A stretch of 63,162 nt of DNA, filler included, from Perkinsus chesapeaki ATCC PRA-425 (GCA_013115145.1; 14 parts of 14 records of this genome joined end to end with filler, not necessarily neighbours in it); one strand, 5' to 3'. Numbered from the whole stretch's first letter, positions 12,760-25,243 are shown. Notes: generated from the sequence alone by a model not told the origin. A program made the numbers and translations.

Positions 12760-15700
12760 ACGCACCTGCCATGCTATTGGTTGTAGGGGCAGTTATGCCT
12801 CCAACGGCGGTGCTATCTGGGATGTGGCAGTTGACGAGGAAAGGAAGCTCCTGGCGGTCTCCACCGAGAGCGGTGCGATACCTATGTAGTACCGGAAATC
12901 TAAATGTGGGCGTCCATTGCACGTGCAGATTCTCCCTGGGTGGAGTTGGATCAACGACGCTCACTCGTCTGGGTGAACTAAAGGGAGAGTATCAGAATAG
13001 GAAGAAGGGCGGAAACAGGGCTCTATCAGTTTGCTTCGGGATGGCCAAGGATGCCGCTGCGGGCCAGACCTATCGGACAGTGTTCTCTGGAAACGATAGC
13101 GGAGTTATCAGCGAGTGGCGGGTTGAGATAAAGGAAGCGGAAGACGGTAGTAGGGAAGGCCGCAGGTTCGAATCCCAGGGCATGCATTTCAGGATCTATT
13201 GCTCTCGGGAATACTGTTTGTGTTTCGGATAGCATGCGCATATTGCCGCACACCAATGCTGGTGGAGGAGTCTTGGTATGGACGATAAAGGCATTATCGG
13301 CGGATAGGATTGTGTCGGGTGATTCCTCTGGATGCCTTACACTGTGGGATGTTGATAAACATGTGCAGTTACAGAGGGTAATAAAGAGGATTATGGGGAA
13401 GGGGGATAAGGAGGAATATGAACGGCGGGACTCAGTCGCTGCGTAGTGTATTCTCGTATGACTATTAAAGCATATCAGAGCTTATTATCAATAACTATAC
13501 TCGCCACTATTGAGTCTAATAAGAATGCAAGGCCGCCAGCGGAAGGGCCTCAACAGGAGCCTGGCGCCGAGATATCTTGTTTCCCATCATTCTCTTTTCA
13601 TTGCTTTTTGTTTATATATTTTCCGCCCTTGTAGTTCGCTGTCTATTGGGCCAGTGGAAGTGAGAGGCATGAAGGGCCTCAATCGTTATACTGTGGAGGC
13701 GGCATGGTCTGTTGTGTAGATACGGGAGCATCAGGCTGACATTCTTTGTATGACGGTGCGACGGAGTAAGTTGCCTGTGCTGGGATTCGATTCGGCGACC
13801 TGTGGGGTGACAGACGTGAATTCTTCCGTTAGGCTCGGAGAACCGTGATTTGGCAATCTTCACTACCGGCGTAGACGCTAAGATATCCAAGTTCGCTGAG
13901 ACCGCTAATGGCGACCTCACTGTGAAGACTTCGTAGGATTCTCATTAGTGCCGAAGGATCTGGATGATTATTGAATTAGGTACTTTGTTAACCGTAGAGA
14001 CGTTAACGCTATCTCGCTGCATCCCCAGCGTGAGGTAGAAAGACGATCGTCGGTTGGCGAAGAGTCGGCCATGCGCATGCGTGCAGATACTTGTGTGCGG
14101 CGGCAACGATGGCCAACTAGTTGTTACCTCTACCAAGGCTCAGTTCACTCCTACCAAGCTACCACAGTGGGAAGTTGGTCAGTCGGCGGCACCATTTTAC
14201 GGTTTTTCTATCAGTTTCCACGGCCTGGCATCCTCGCCTTTGGGAGGAGGTGTTGTCCATTGCAGCAGCAGTACAAGGTTGGTGTTGACTGTGTGGAGGA
14301 ACAGCATGAAGATATGGTAAAACACAGCAGCTCGCCTGAAACTTCCGAACATTTCTGCTGGCTTGTCGCGAAACTCTGGCCGATTCTTGCCCCGAGAGAC
14401 AAAATATTTTTTAGCACCGGGAAGACTTGGGATTTTAACAAAATCATTTGACGGTCCTAAAATGGCGTCATTTCCAGGTACATACCGCCAAAGACACCCC
14501 CAGCGGGGTCGGTCAGCTCTGGTGAGTCAGCGGACCTGGCGGTTGGTGTCCAAACGCCGTCCAACATGGCACCGGTATGTCTTCAAGAGATTGCCCTCAG
14601 CTCACCAGATCACATCACAGCTTCGGAGCTATCCAGAGACGGCGAGTACGAACTTACAGGCCTAGTGCTCGCTGGAACCTGTCAATTTAGTTTGATCGTG
14701 TGCTGTACACCGAATGGAGGAGTTCGCTTCTTCTCCTTCGACATTGCCGACGTGGATCTCACTCGTATCGGTGCTGTTGGCGATCTCACCAGTGTGACGG
14801 CGCTGTGTCTAGATGACACTGTGTCGTCGGACAGTATGCCCCTATGGTAGAGCCTTAGCTCATTTAACGTATCGGATCGTCGCTTGGTCAGCTACGCCGC
14901 AGATAGCCAAACGAAGAGAATTTATCGTATTGATTGCTCCACCTCACCGATCGCCAGTGATGCCTGGGGTAGGTGGCCTTGGAGCGCTATCACTACTGGG
15001 TCTAATAGGTACTCCGTTCCGCGGTGTTGTTACGAGGATGGCACTCTCCCCTGCAGTCAACGGCAACAGGAGCTTGGTGGTGGCTGATAGTTATGGTGAT
15101 GTTCATTGGTACGCGGGTTCGATCCCGGCATGTTGTATTTTCATATCCCTCAGCATGACAGTATCGAGCTCGGCCTCGGAGCCTGCCTTCGCTCGAACGT
15201 GCTGTCTACCGCCGCATCGTCGAGGCAAGAAGGCTAAACGTCGTCATGGAGCTATTGAGAATCGCAACACGAACAAGATATTCGCCACATCCATCGGTTT
15301 CAGTAAAGATGGCACTCTATGGTGAGCGGGAAATATGCCACGTGTGGGGTTCGAACCTGCGTGCTTGCCAGCTTCATCACAAGTAGCAATTCTGTATTGC
15401 ACTGCTTCAAGATTGGCGGTGAAGAATTTGAGCTTCTCTGGCACGTCGACATCCGAACTAACATCAACCACGGCAAGCTTCGCCACACCAAGGGCGGCGC
15501 GCATGGCGCTGTGGACACCCGCGTGGAGATACCTGGCCAGATCTTTCACACGGTGCAAGTGGAGTCGATAGAAAGACGAACGAAGAAGGGCCTCCCGACC
15601 AGCGTGAAACTCGCTCTGTAATGAGGAGTGGGGTAAGGACCGCGGCTGGTGTAAGGTGCTCTTGTTAGGTTCGCGGACAGTCTCATTTTGGCCGGTGATA

Positions 15701-16158
15701 TCACCTGCAATCCTACCGCGGCACCGGAAGCTATCTTTACTGTGGTGAAGAGCCGATTTAGCGATGAAAACGAATCCAAGATGTGGATGGGCTCGCACGT
15801 GTTGGGTGGGTCATCGCTTTGCTCAGTCAAGTGCAGTTGATGAAGGCTTGTTCAGGCTGCGCAGCGCTTGATGAGACCCAATGGGTGCATGGCCTCACCG
15901 ACACCATCACCGATAAGCCAGACGACGAGGACGACGAAGCTGGCGAGCCACAAAAGAAGAAGACCAGACGGAGGTCGGGTTCGGTTGGCGGAGGTGAAGT
16001 CACGCGTGGCCTGAGCGGGGATCGGTCTGTGGTGAGTTATCAGTACAGCGGCTTTATGGCTCGTCATGCTGCTTCAGGTGCTTTGCTCAGTCATTGACCA
16101 GAGTGACATTGACCAGCAGCTGCCTCCAGCCTTTGATCGCAAACGCTTCTACCGATAG
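12760..16158 (+). CDS. UTP4: WD40-repeat protein, UTP4/cirhin-like, many short introns (5' end not resolved)
   Basis: Spliced segments include SNGGAIWDVAVDEERKLLAVSTESG, RALSVCF, IVSGDSSGCLTLWD, HQADILCM, IFTTGVDAKI and CGGNDGQLVV. The C-terminus LPPAFDRKRFYR* resembles the Utp4 tail. Confidence 0.7.
13156..13176 (+). pseudogene. tRNA variable-loop/T-loop (B-box) fragment inside 46-nt intron 13147-13192
   Basis: AAGGCCGCAGGTTCGAATCCC. Removing the intron restores the frame between ORFs 12738 and 13234. Confidence 0.45.
13772..13813 (-). pseudogene. Degenerate tRNA 3'-half relic, antisense inside intron 13766-13832
   Basis: The reverse complement CTGTCAC CCCAC AGGTC GCCGA ATCGAAT CCCAGC ACAGGCA follows the layout loop, stem, AGGTC, T arm, acceptor strand. 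It is degenerate. Confidence 0.4.
15112..15129 (+). pseudogene. tRNA T-arm (B-box) fragment inside 45-nt intron 15109-15153
   Basis: CGCGGGTTCGATCCCGGC forms a T arm with 4 of 5 stem pairs, starting 3 nt after the GT donor. Confidence 0.45.
15336..15368 (-). pseudogene. tRNA 3'-end relic (class II Leu/Ser-like), antisense inside 50-nt intron 15322-15371
   Basis: The reverse complement is GCAAGCAC GCAGG TTCGAAC CCCAC ACGTGGC A. Removing the intron restores the frame (GTLCFITSS). Confidence 0.5.
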
Positions 16159-16509
16159 GCCGTCCATTGTTCTTGGTGCTGCTTCGCTCCGCTATAGATG
16201 GACAACACCACTTCACCACAAACGTAAAACTAAAGCAGTCTCTAAAGAGATGATGTTTCTCCTTATCCTTATCCTCTATCCGATTGATGATACATTAACC
16301 ACTACTACTTCCAGCAACTGCTTCTATAACACGTTATCGTTAATGCTAGTATGAGTTGAGCAGTGAATATGGCCGAGGAGACGCTATAGAGGCTATTGCT
16401 CTATCCAGCCTGGATAGATGACGAAACTTGTTAACCCTTCCTTGAATTTAAAGCGCTAAGGCTTATAAACGGTTTAATTTTTGATACTGAATAGTAAGAG
16501 TGGATCAAG

Positions 16510-19500
16510 ATGGCTGAACCATCTTCATTTTCATCAACGGCAACATCAAACTGGCGAGTTAGGAAGACAGAGGCAAAGCAGACGGCTGACGATCTGGTCG
16601 ACCCGGAACTAGCGGCAGCTGTTATAAGGGACTATTTGCTACCGCTCTTCGAAGAGGGGAGTAAACCTATCCACAATGCCAAGGCGAGTGAAACCTCACG
16701 GACCATGCCTTGGGGTGATCTTGCTGTGCAGGCCAGAGCCGGAAGAATGACCGAGGCATCCCTCGCCAACACTTCTGGTTCGATTTTACACTCGGCCACC
16801 TCATCTGTGTTTCACTCACAAGACAGTTGTGGGCGTCGGAGTCCAGGCACGTCCATGCTGGAGGAGATGGTGAGCCGTCTCCTTAGTGGCAGTGAAGAAC
16901 CCGACTGAATGGCGGTGAAACATCTTATATGCTTCCTTAGTCGAGCTCCTGACTGCTCGTCGTAATGTATGCCTCTTCAGCGTTTGGGTGGCGGAAAGCG
17001 TTCGGAGGTTCACGGACCAAAATTTGATTTCCTAGCCGGCACAATTCTAGGAGGCCGCGTATTTCAGCGCTCAAGCTGACTTTTTCTCGAGCTCTATGCG
17101 TACCGCTCCGCCTCAGCTTCTGTCGACGAAGTTGTTGAGAGAAATCACAGAAGCAAGGGAGACGATCACATCCCTTGAGGACAAGCTAGAAACTTCGGAG
17201 GTCCCCGAGTGGTAGCGCACGCGCCTGTGTAAATGAGTCACTCAGTTTGAAAGAAGCGGTATGAAGGAGAAGTACACGGCGAGTCGAAAAAAAGTCCAAG
17301 CCGCGAGTAGAGAGATGAGACTGATGAAGTTCAACAGCGAGGCTTACCGAGTGGGTTCGCTGGCGTTGGTGGTGTGAGAGAATATTATTGTCAGGAGAAG
17401 TCGGAGGAGTTGGAGGCGGAGTGTCGAGGCTTAAGGAGTCAATTGGAGGATATGACTCAGGAAATGAAGAAGACGGCAGAGGCAAGCGCGAAGCTGTCCA
17501 AGGTAATAGCAAGTGCGGATGTATGCAATGGACGTGCCGGGGTTTGAACCCGGGGCCTTCTGCATGCAAAGCAGACGTGATACCACTACACCACACGCCC
17601 TGATGTATATTAACGTCTTCTTCTGCCTGCGCCTTATCCTGACGAATTACAAAAGTCAGTAAGTATGGCAGTGTGAGTCAGAAGCTGTTTGATACCGAAC
17701 GGGAAGTTGAGAGTCTCTCACGGAGGCTACTGGAGAAGGATAACCTAGGCAACATGGCCAAGCTTCAAGCCGAGGTTCTCGGGGAGCAAGTACCACAGCA
17801 CGCATAGCTTGATGAGGCCTTATATGGGCCAGCCCAGTAGGTGAGGGCACTTCATAAGGCAGCGCAAGAATTGGGTGGAGTGAAGGAATGCCAAGATAGA
17901 CTGAGGCACGTTGAAGAGATGGCAGCAATAAGGGTATCACAGGTGAGCTCGGGTGACAGGTGATGGGCTATGACGGTGATGAGAGCAGATAACAGAGTTT
18001 AAAGATGAACTGGAAATTGAAACAGCAAGAGTGGTTGATGAGAGGAATGCTTTGCAGGAAAAAGTGTAAAAGTGATGCTTCATTTTAGCATAGCTTTTCG
18101 AATAGGGAGGAGCTTACAGCATCACAGGACAGGTTGAGTCTTGCGAGGGCACGGTTGCAGACAGAACTCGAGGAGCAGGTGGGTAGAAAATGTCAAAGCG
18201 AACTGGCAGGGGGGTTTGTTAGAAGAAGAAGGCGACGGCACAAATGATAGATTTATTCGAAGAGAAAAATGCAATACGGAAAGAACGAGATAAAATGGAG
18301 AAAAAAACTAAAGTGAGATCGCATACTGAGGGTGCTGCCAAGGTCGAGGGATGCTGGGTGAGGAAGTAGTCATCCAACAACATCGAATGTATAGCAAAAG
18401 CGTTTCTAGTGGAGAGGCATAGTAGAATGTTTGATGAGGAGGAATATATATGAAATACACTTCTTCTTCTTCTGCGCTCAATATCTAATTTCCGCCTATA
18501 TCTACTTCAGGATCTGCAGGAGGACCGGGACAAGCTGAGGCAAAGGTTAAGGAAGTACCATGCCAGGCGGAGACTCTTCGAGATGGAGCATCGGACGTGA
18601 GGCTTGCCATGACAGATTATATTAATGATGCTTTTTGTGGTTACTGCAGATGCAAGAACTGCAATAAGGAGTACATGGAATCAGTTAACTTCAACTGGAG
18701 CTGCCGAACCCACCAGGTGCGAGCATCCAGATCGGACCGGTGCTCTCGTAGCTCTCCCATAGTCAGAGTTCGGTGGTGAGATGTGGTGGTGCTGCGGGAA
18801 GTCTGGCAAAGACGCTACTGGATGCAAGTTCGCCAAGCACGAGTCGAAGGTGAGACTTGAGAGACCTCTTCGAACGACTGGAAAATTTAGGACGACGAGG
18901 AGGATTATGACGATCTTCTGGACGCGGACGAAAACGGCGATGGAAAGGTAGGATGCTCTTGTTGTTGAGGAGGCCGTGAAGGAAACCCTTCAGGAAGGAG
19001 GGAAGAAAAAGAAATCAATGCAAAATGTGAAGTGCTTTTCATGCAAAGAAATGGGGCACAAATCCGAGATGTGCCCGAGAGACCCGAATTTAAGAAGTTT
19101 CACAGGTTGGTGGTGGACGTACTGAAGAAGGTATCGGTTATGATGCAGGTGGATTCATGCCAACTAAGGAGCTGCGGCGGATAGAAATATTACAGACAGC
19201 AGCAGCGACAGGGGGAGGCAGACGAGGAGGCATCACTGCAATAGATCCGGGGAACCAGAAGGAAGAGTATTCAAGCGAGCAAGTGGTGAAAATTGTGAAC
19301 AATCATCTTGGGTGGGTAACTTGTCTTATTGGCTATGTAATGTAGATGAAACTTAACGTCAGATATCAGGCTGTAGAACTGATATCGGAGGAGCATGAGC
19401 TGAGGCTTTTCGAGGAGCTCAGGAGCGGCTTAGACACCAAGGTAAGGAAATGTGATTCACATTATGACAATATCGAGTTATTGTACACTCTGATCGCTTC

Positions 19501-19573
19501 TTGGTGGAACGTTTTTTTAAAGTGGCGACCGCCCTTGGTCCTTGTGCCGCACCCGAATGTCATGCCACCATGA
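16510..19573 (+). CDS. Coiled-coil protein with C-terminal zinc-binding motifs, multi-exon (end approximate)
   Basis: Starts MAEPSS...DPELAAAVIRDYLLPLFEEG, followed by heptad-rich exons (EKSEELEAECRGLRSQLEDMTQEMKK). Then CKNCNKEYMESVNFNWSCRTH...GEMWWCCGKSGKDATGCKFAKH and a CCHC knuckle KCFSCKEMGHKSEMCPRDP. Confidence 0.6.
17529..17600 (-). tRNA. tRNA-Ala(TGC)
   Basis: GGGCGTG TG GTGTAGTGGTATCAC G TCTGC TTTGCAT GCAGA AGGCC CCGGG TTCAAAC CCCGG CACGTCC A. Full cloverleaf with the G3:U70 Ala identity pair. It lies antisense, just downstream of a GT donor at 17503. Confidence 0.95.
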
Positions 19574-19989
19574 GTTTTCGATTCGAAAATATGTGTTGGC
19601 GTAATGTACGCACCATAGAGTTCGCGTAAAGCTCGGCAATGAATCGGTTCATTGCTGTTCTACTGCAAGTATACTCTTTGACTCATTGCGAGATTTTTCC
19701 GTCTGGTATAGCTCCTCAATATGGACACTTCTAGGTCAACGAACGCAAAGATGCTTTGGGTGTTAAAGATGATGTGGCCGATACCGACAGTAGCAGTAAG
19801 TGTCGCTACAGCGCTTGCTGTCCACATCCTCTTCATTCCTCAGGCGGGTTCTCTGATGACATCTCAACTACCCGCGCCCAAGGTCCTGATGAAGTCTGAG
19901 GGGCCAAAGAGTACCAGCGTTAGAAACATCTGTACCCTTATGATGGCCGCATGCCACCATGCCACTGATTGCTTTTCTTACTGCATATT

Positions 19990-22170
19990 TTCTCTACGCC
20001 AGATGAATCTGAATCAATTGCGTTGACCACCAAGTTCCGGGGGATATCCAGCGATCGAGCTGCACAATTATCCGATTCGCATACACGAGGCTGCTATCTT
20101 AGATGCTTTATCGACTTGATGGGAAACGCTGCCCTAGGGTCATTTTCGGAAAGAACTTTAACACTTTACAGAACGAGCCAAGCTAGTCAATCGCATCGCA
20201 GGTCCCCTCCAGTAAGGATATCAAAGAATCGACGATATGTATCAGCACTCGAACGGCAGGCACGATCGCAAACATCGGCCGGCGTTGGTGAGGCGAATCC
20301 CTCTGCGACTGGTGGTAACCCTCTGTGGAGAGCAGCATTAGAGGACGACGCTGAGTCATTACAATCACTTGTGATTGGAGATCGCTTCGATGAAAGCGAA
20401 TGGCCTTCGGTGAGATGCAGTGCCTTCTACCTCGACTGGATCATGCATGGCGTTGTATCAGACACACCGTGAGGAGATCGCTGCCATATTGAACGCGAGG
20501 AATCGTACTGGCGATACTTTACTGATCTTCTCGGCGAAGCACAGCAGTAAGCTTCGACGGAAGCTCAATGCGTAACACTGGCCTCTGTACAGGTCGAAAG
20601 TGTGTTCAAGTCCTAACTCGAATGCGGTGTGATGTGGACGCCAGAGATTCTAACGGCAGAACTGCCTTCCTCATCGCTTGCGCTAGGAATAATATCGATG
20701 TAGCCAAACACTTGTAGGTGCTCAATACGAAGGTCCACTGTCGACCACCGACTAGCAGGTTCCATTGTGCCGCCTGCGACCCTGACATAGCAGACGAACG
20801 CGGTTTCACAGGTTTCGCCCTCGCGCTGCTATTTGGGCACGTTGAGATAGTGCGATGGTGGCTAACGAGAGTAAGGCGAGATGTCTCTTATATCGCAGGG
20901 ATGTTAATTGGGCTAAGGTGTCCAGATGTACAGCCACCGATGATATTCCCAGTCTGCTCGGTCCCAAAACCTGGAAGCCTTTCCTCCTGGCAGTTCACTT
21001 GAAGAATATCGAACTGGTAAGGTTGGACCTATGTAAGTCGTTAGTTGGCTCAGGTCAAGACAATAGCTAAGTTCGTCGGAAAGGGCTCAATTAACGGGAA
21101 GGATACGGACGGTCGTAGTGCTCTCTATTTGGCTGCCTCAAATGGGGATCTTGACATGGCGAAGTGAATCGGAGGGCCAGGTCGGTTGTGCACAAAAGCC
21201 GTGGTAGGTGCATATTGGCACTGGGAGCTGACAAAACACAGATGGCCGATTCCACGGCTAACGGGATGACGCCACTCTGGATTGCCGCATGTAAGAGATC
21301 CACTTAGTTCCGTGGGATTGCGGAATGCTCGGGTCAGGTGGAGGCCATTCTAGCTTCGTAAGCTGGCTCCTGAAGTCGATCAGTTCTGACTCCGCTGTGA
21401 ACCAAGTGGACTCGCGGGGTGCCACTCCCTTGTAAAGATCACCAAGAAAGGAATTAATGACATAAACGTGCGCAGGTACATTGCGGTGGAGAACGGCCAC
21501 TTGGAGGTGGTCGAAATCCTTCTAGAGCATGGCGCTGATGTTAACAGGACGCCTTATCAGGTAAGCAGGATACTGAGTAAGGGTTCGGGAAGCACTATCT
21601 GATGGTAGACATGTTCTCCAACTGTGCGCGCATGTGTTGAAGGCAACTTGGTTATGTTGCAAGCTTTGATGAAGACTGGTAAAGTGCATAGGAATGACAG
21701 GATGATGATGGACGCGGCAAGGTAAGACCTTGACCGTCTCGTGCATTTCACGTTGGAGTACGTATATGAAACTAAACTCCAACGCGTCCGCTGGTGAAAG
21801 TCTCATTCAGTGGTAGCGTGCTCTTTTGCCAGGTTTAATGGCCATGATGAAGTCCTTATTTGGATACAAGCCACGCGTGGATACTTCGCTGCATTGCACT
21901 ATGCTCGCGAGCTCACGTTTGACCAGGTGAGCCCCGACTGATTCACAACTACACAACTGTAAACCATTCCAGGTCTTGGCCTGTCTCCGTGGATCCGATC
22001 CGAGGCAATCGGATATACTGGCGCGAATCCCTACATCAAAGAGTGGCCTGTTGGGACTGAGTCCGCTAGCATTAGCGCAGCAGTGCGATGGAAGCCTCCT
22101 GGTATGGCTGCTCGACTGGCGGAAAGCTTGATCATCAATCGTAAATTCTCCTGATAACTCTGGTTTAGGA
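19990..22170 (+). CDS. Ankyrin-repeat protein, multi-exon (boundaries approximate)
   Basis: Exonic ANK motifs include RGFTGFALALLFGHVEIVRW, YLAASNGDLDMAK, NGMTPLWIAA and IAVENGHLEVVEILLEHGADVN. Confidence 0.7.
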
Positions 22171-23239
22171 TGATGAAAAAATGGAGATAATAAGGAGGGC
22201 TGCAGGGTCATGGTCACCAAGAACGCACTGGTTGTTCGACTCCGAGGCGAGAAAATTTGCGTAAGGCGACGTTGTGCTTCTCAGAATTCCGATGGTCAGG
22301 GTTTTACTAGCAAGAGTTGGCCGACGGCTTGCCTGTATTAAGGCTCAGCCTACTGTACCTGAGGAGGGAAGATTTTACCTGCCTTACGATGTGTGGAGCA
22401 TGTACATAATGCCGATGGCGGTGTCAAGTACGTTGGACCTCTCGCATGGTGCGCGCCATCTCATGTGCAGGAACTCCCTTCGAACTGAATGATGAAGAGT
22501 ATCATTTATGGGTTTATCCCAACTTATACGATGACACCACTAGCTGACCAAAGCATTTTATTCCAGTATCGTTCCTTGGTTCTCGCTTGTCCCATTACAA
22601 ATCTCATTCAAATGGGTGACGTTCCCCATCGGCGCCTGTTGCGCTCTCAGTTTGATGCCGCCTCTGTATAACAATGCTGGTGGGCCATGACACATACATA
22701 TGCTGGGCGAGATTCACACAGTACTCGCAATAATTATCACACGTCAACAAGGGGCTTTCAGCGCCTTCCCCGTTGCCAACATAGGTTAAATACTAACGAG
22801 TTTTACCTGCTGTGCATACGTACTAGTCAACTGGAACGGCAGTATGTCTGTTTCTCATTGGAGACAAGCTGAACTCACTAGTGTGGAGTGTGAGTGGACT
22901 TTGTCTGTATGTAGAGTGAATAAGAGCAAATTGTAGGATAACTTCAACGTAAGCGAAATGAGCAACTGTGATGGACAGTGAAAATATAAAGATAGAGCCT
23001 GTGTTACACAGATAATCCTCTCACGCTCACCGAGCTTTAATCAAATATTAGAACAACTAAACTGGTGCATGCAGTACGATTTAGTCGGTGCTGCTCAAGA
23101 AACTAACAAGTATGGATGATCCGACAGACTTTGATGAGCTCAATCTAAACTCATAGGTCTTGGCACGATCATTCGGCCGACAATTCGGCCTTGTCGTCCA
23201 TCATATTGTCGTTACAAGCCCCCGCGCTACCACTGGGGA

Positions 23240-23317
23240 TAACACGACCTGCCCTACGTTGGAGAGGCCTAGGTCAACCAAATGTACACCGAGACCTTGA
23301 GCCGAGATGGCTACAGC
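23240..23317 (-). ncRNA. Spliced-leader RNA-like sequence (gene, pseudogene or relic; 3' extent guessed)
   Basis: 23317-23296 reads GCTGTAGCCATCTCGGCTCAAG, 19/22 identical to the Perkinsus-type SL ACCGTAGCCATCTTGGCTCAAG. It is followed directly by a GT donor and an ATTTGG Sm-like motif about 12 nt downstream. Confidence 0.55.
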
Positions 23318-23574
23318 GCAGGTTCGAAACCCCTAGGAGGTCTGATACGGCTCTGTTGTCACGGGGATTCCCGTTAGCGGCCCACGAGACCTCACTTCGA
23401 CTCAACCTTCGAACGCCAAGCGTTTTTGCATTTTCGGTGCTTGCTCTCCCAAAGACTCAAAAAACGGTTCGTCGACAAGATACTACCCTACCTTGCCTGG
23501 AGCGTACTTCAGAAGGGTACAGTACGCGTCATCTAGAACGCGCGCTTCTTGACAATTGATTTATATCTCAAGTA

Positions 23575-25067
23575 TAGCGAGTTTTCACTTAATTCCTCCG
23601 CCATATATCTTAGAAATGTCTCTTGTCATGGAATCCAAGTCCCGAATCCGAACACCGGAAACACTTTTTATGTGCATTTTCGAGCCTCTGTGCGCCTTTT
23701 CATGCCCCGCGTACGGCTCACTAAGTACCACTGAACAGAGGCACAGTAGCATCGGAGTATCTGGAAGACCTGGGGTTTCGAAGAGGCGTCGAATATGGAA
23801 AGGAAGTATAGTTAGAGTAGCTAGAAGTGTCCCCTCCTATGCACCAAGTATTCGTGATGCTCTACGTTGCGGCTCCCGACACTACCCGAGTAAGTTTGGT
23901 CGAGCATACTCTTGTACCAGCTCTAAGATAAAGGTCCCGAATACCGGGTCTGTAAGTCTGTAAGTCTGTAGGCTACTCGTAGCTCTCCTCCGAACTCAGC
24001 GATGAACTTGACGAAGTTCGGCAACCGAACTTCGGTTACCAACTTAACTTAATGTTTACCGCTTTTGTAAAGCTACCCGGCAACCCGTCGAGAAGCGAGA
24101 TCATACTAGGAGAATCGACTCTCGCCAGCGACAGAGGGCATTCCGGCGCGAGTAATTTGGTGGAGAGCTGGAGGCGAACGACAGGACTTACTGAGCGCTA
24201 CAGAACCGGTGGTCGACCAGCAGTCGAGGCAGGGGTCTGAAACCACAGATACACGGAGGTCTGCTATCGACAGACTATCCCCGACTAGCTGGTTTGGGAG
24301 GAACCAGGCTATCAGAAATAAAAGAGAATAGGGCCTATGAAAGACATTAAAAGCCTTGCACTCTTTGTCGAAGACTTTTTGATGGTTCCCGTATCTGTTT
24401 AATCGACTTGAGGCACAAAAATGATTAACATGACTGTCAGTCAGACTGTGGTGGTCGGTAATATCATCTCCATACGAGCGAGCAGCTGGCTGTGGCATCG
24501 CACTGAATCGAGCCCCGGTGCTCGGAGGCCTTGAGCCCAGGCCCTGGGGCCCAGACTGGACGTGGCACTCATAGAACTGAGGGTGACTTCAAACTTGAAA
24601 TTCACAAGGGGTGTCCTCATCTGAAGGGTATCTCGGTGTACTATTCGAGGTTTTAGGATCCTTCATGTTTACGCTATTTCTGAGGTCCTCGGGCTAAGGA
24701 GCAGGCGTCTCATTGTGTTAACTGGTGTGGGAATCGTTTGAAACTTTCGAATTAAAAGTAGAAGAGGAAGTCAGAGGAAGAGGCAGGAGGTGGAATGGCT
24801 ATAGTATAGCCACGATACCGCTCTGGCATTACTCATTCCGCATGAATACTCTGCGTTAGAGGTCGTCGGGTACATGGCTACAGCAAACGAGTCCGAAATG
24901 GGTCAGCCAAAGTTGTGTGGGCCGGTGACCGCGGGGCATGAAAAGGCGCGCAGAGGCTCGAAAATGTACATAAAAAGTGTTTCAGGTGTTCGGATTCGGC
25001 AACTTGGATTCCATGACAAGAGACATTTCTAAGGTATATGGCGGAGGAATTAAGTGAAAACTCGCTA
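23575..25067. mobile_element. Putative non-autonomous TIR DNA transposon (about 1.5 kb)
   Basis: About 140-bp inverted repeats lie at 23573-23711 and 24930-25069, with few differences. The ends read TA|TAGCGAG...CTCGCTA|TA, compatible with a TA target-site duplication. I see no transposase ORF inside. Confidence 0.6.
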
Positions 25068-25243
25068 TAATAACAGTTCAATCTATTGGACCCTGTCAAA
25101 TGGCGCGCGCGGAGGGAAGATCAACGCATGCGTACAACTGAAANNNNNNNNNNNNNNNNNNNNNNNNNNNNNNNNNNNNNNNNNNNNTTAATTAATTAAN
25201 NNNNNNNNNNNNNNNNNNNNNNNNNNNNNNNNNNNNNNNNNNN

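Noticed and set aside
21300-21325. TTCCGTGGGATT in an ankyrin-gene intron, identical to 12 nt of the Arg relic
   Set aside because: The T-loop core is absent and a 12-nt match is too short to count as a tRNA relic.
24525-24540. GGCTCAAG (minus strand) as a second spliced leader
   Set aside because: Only 8 nt match and it is not followed by GT.
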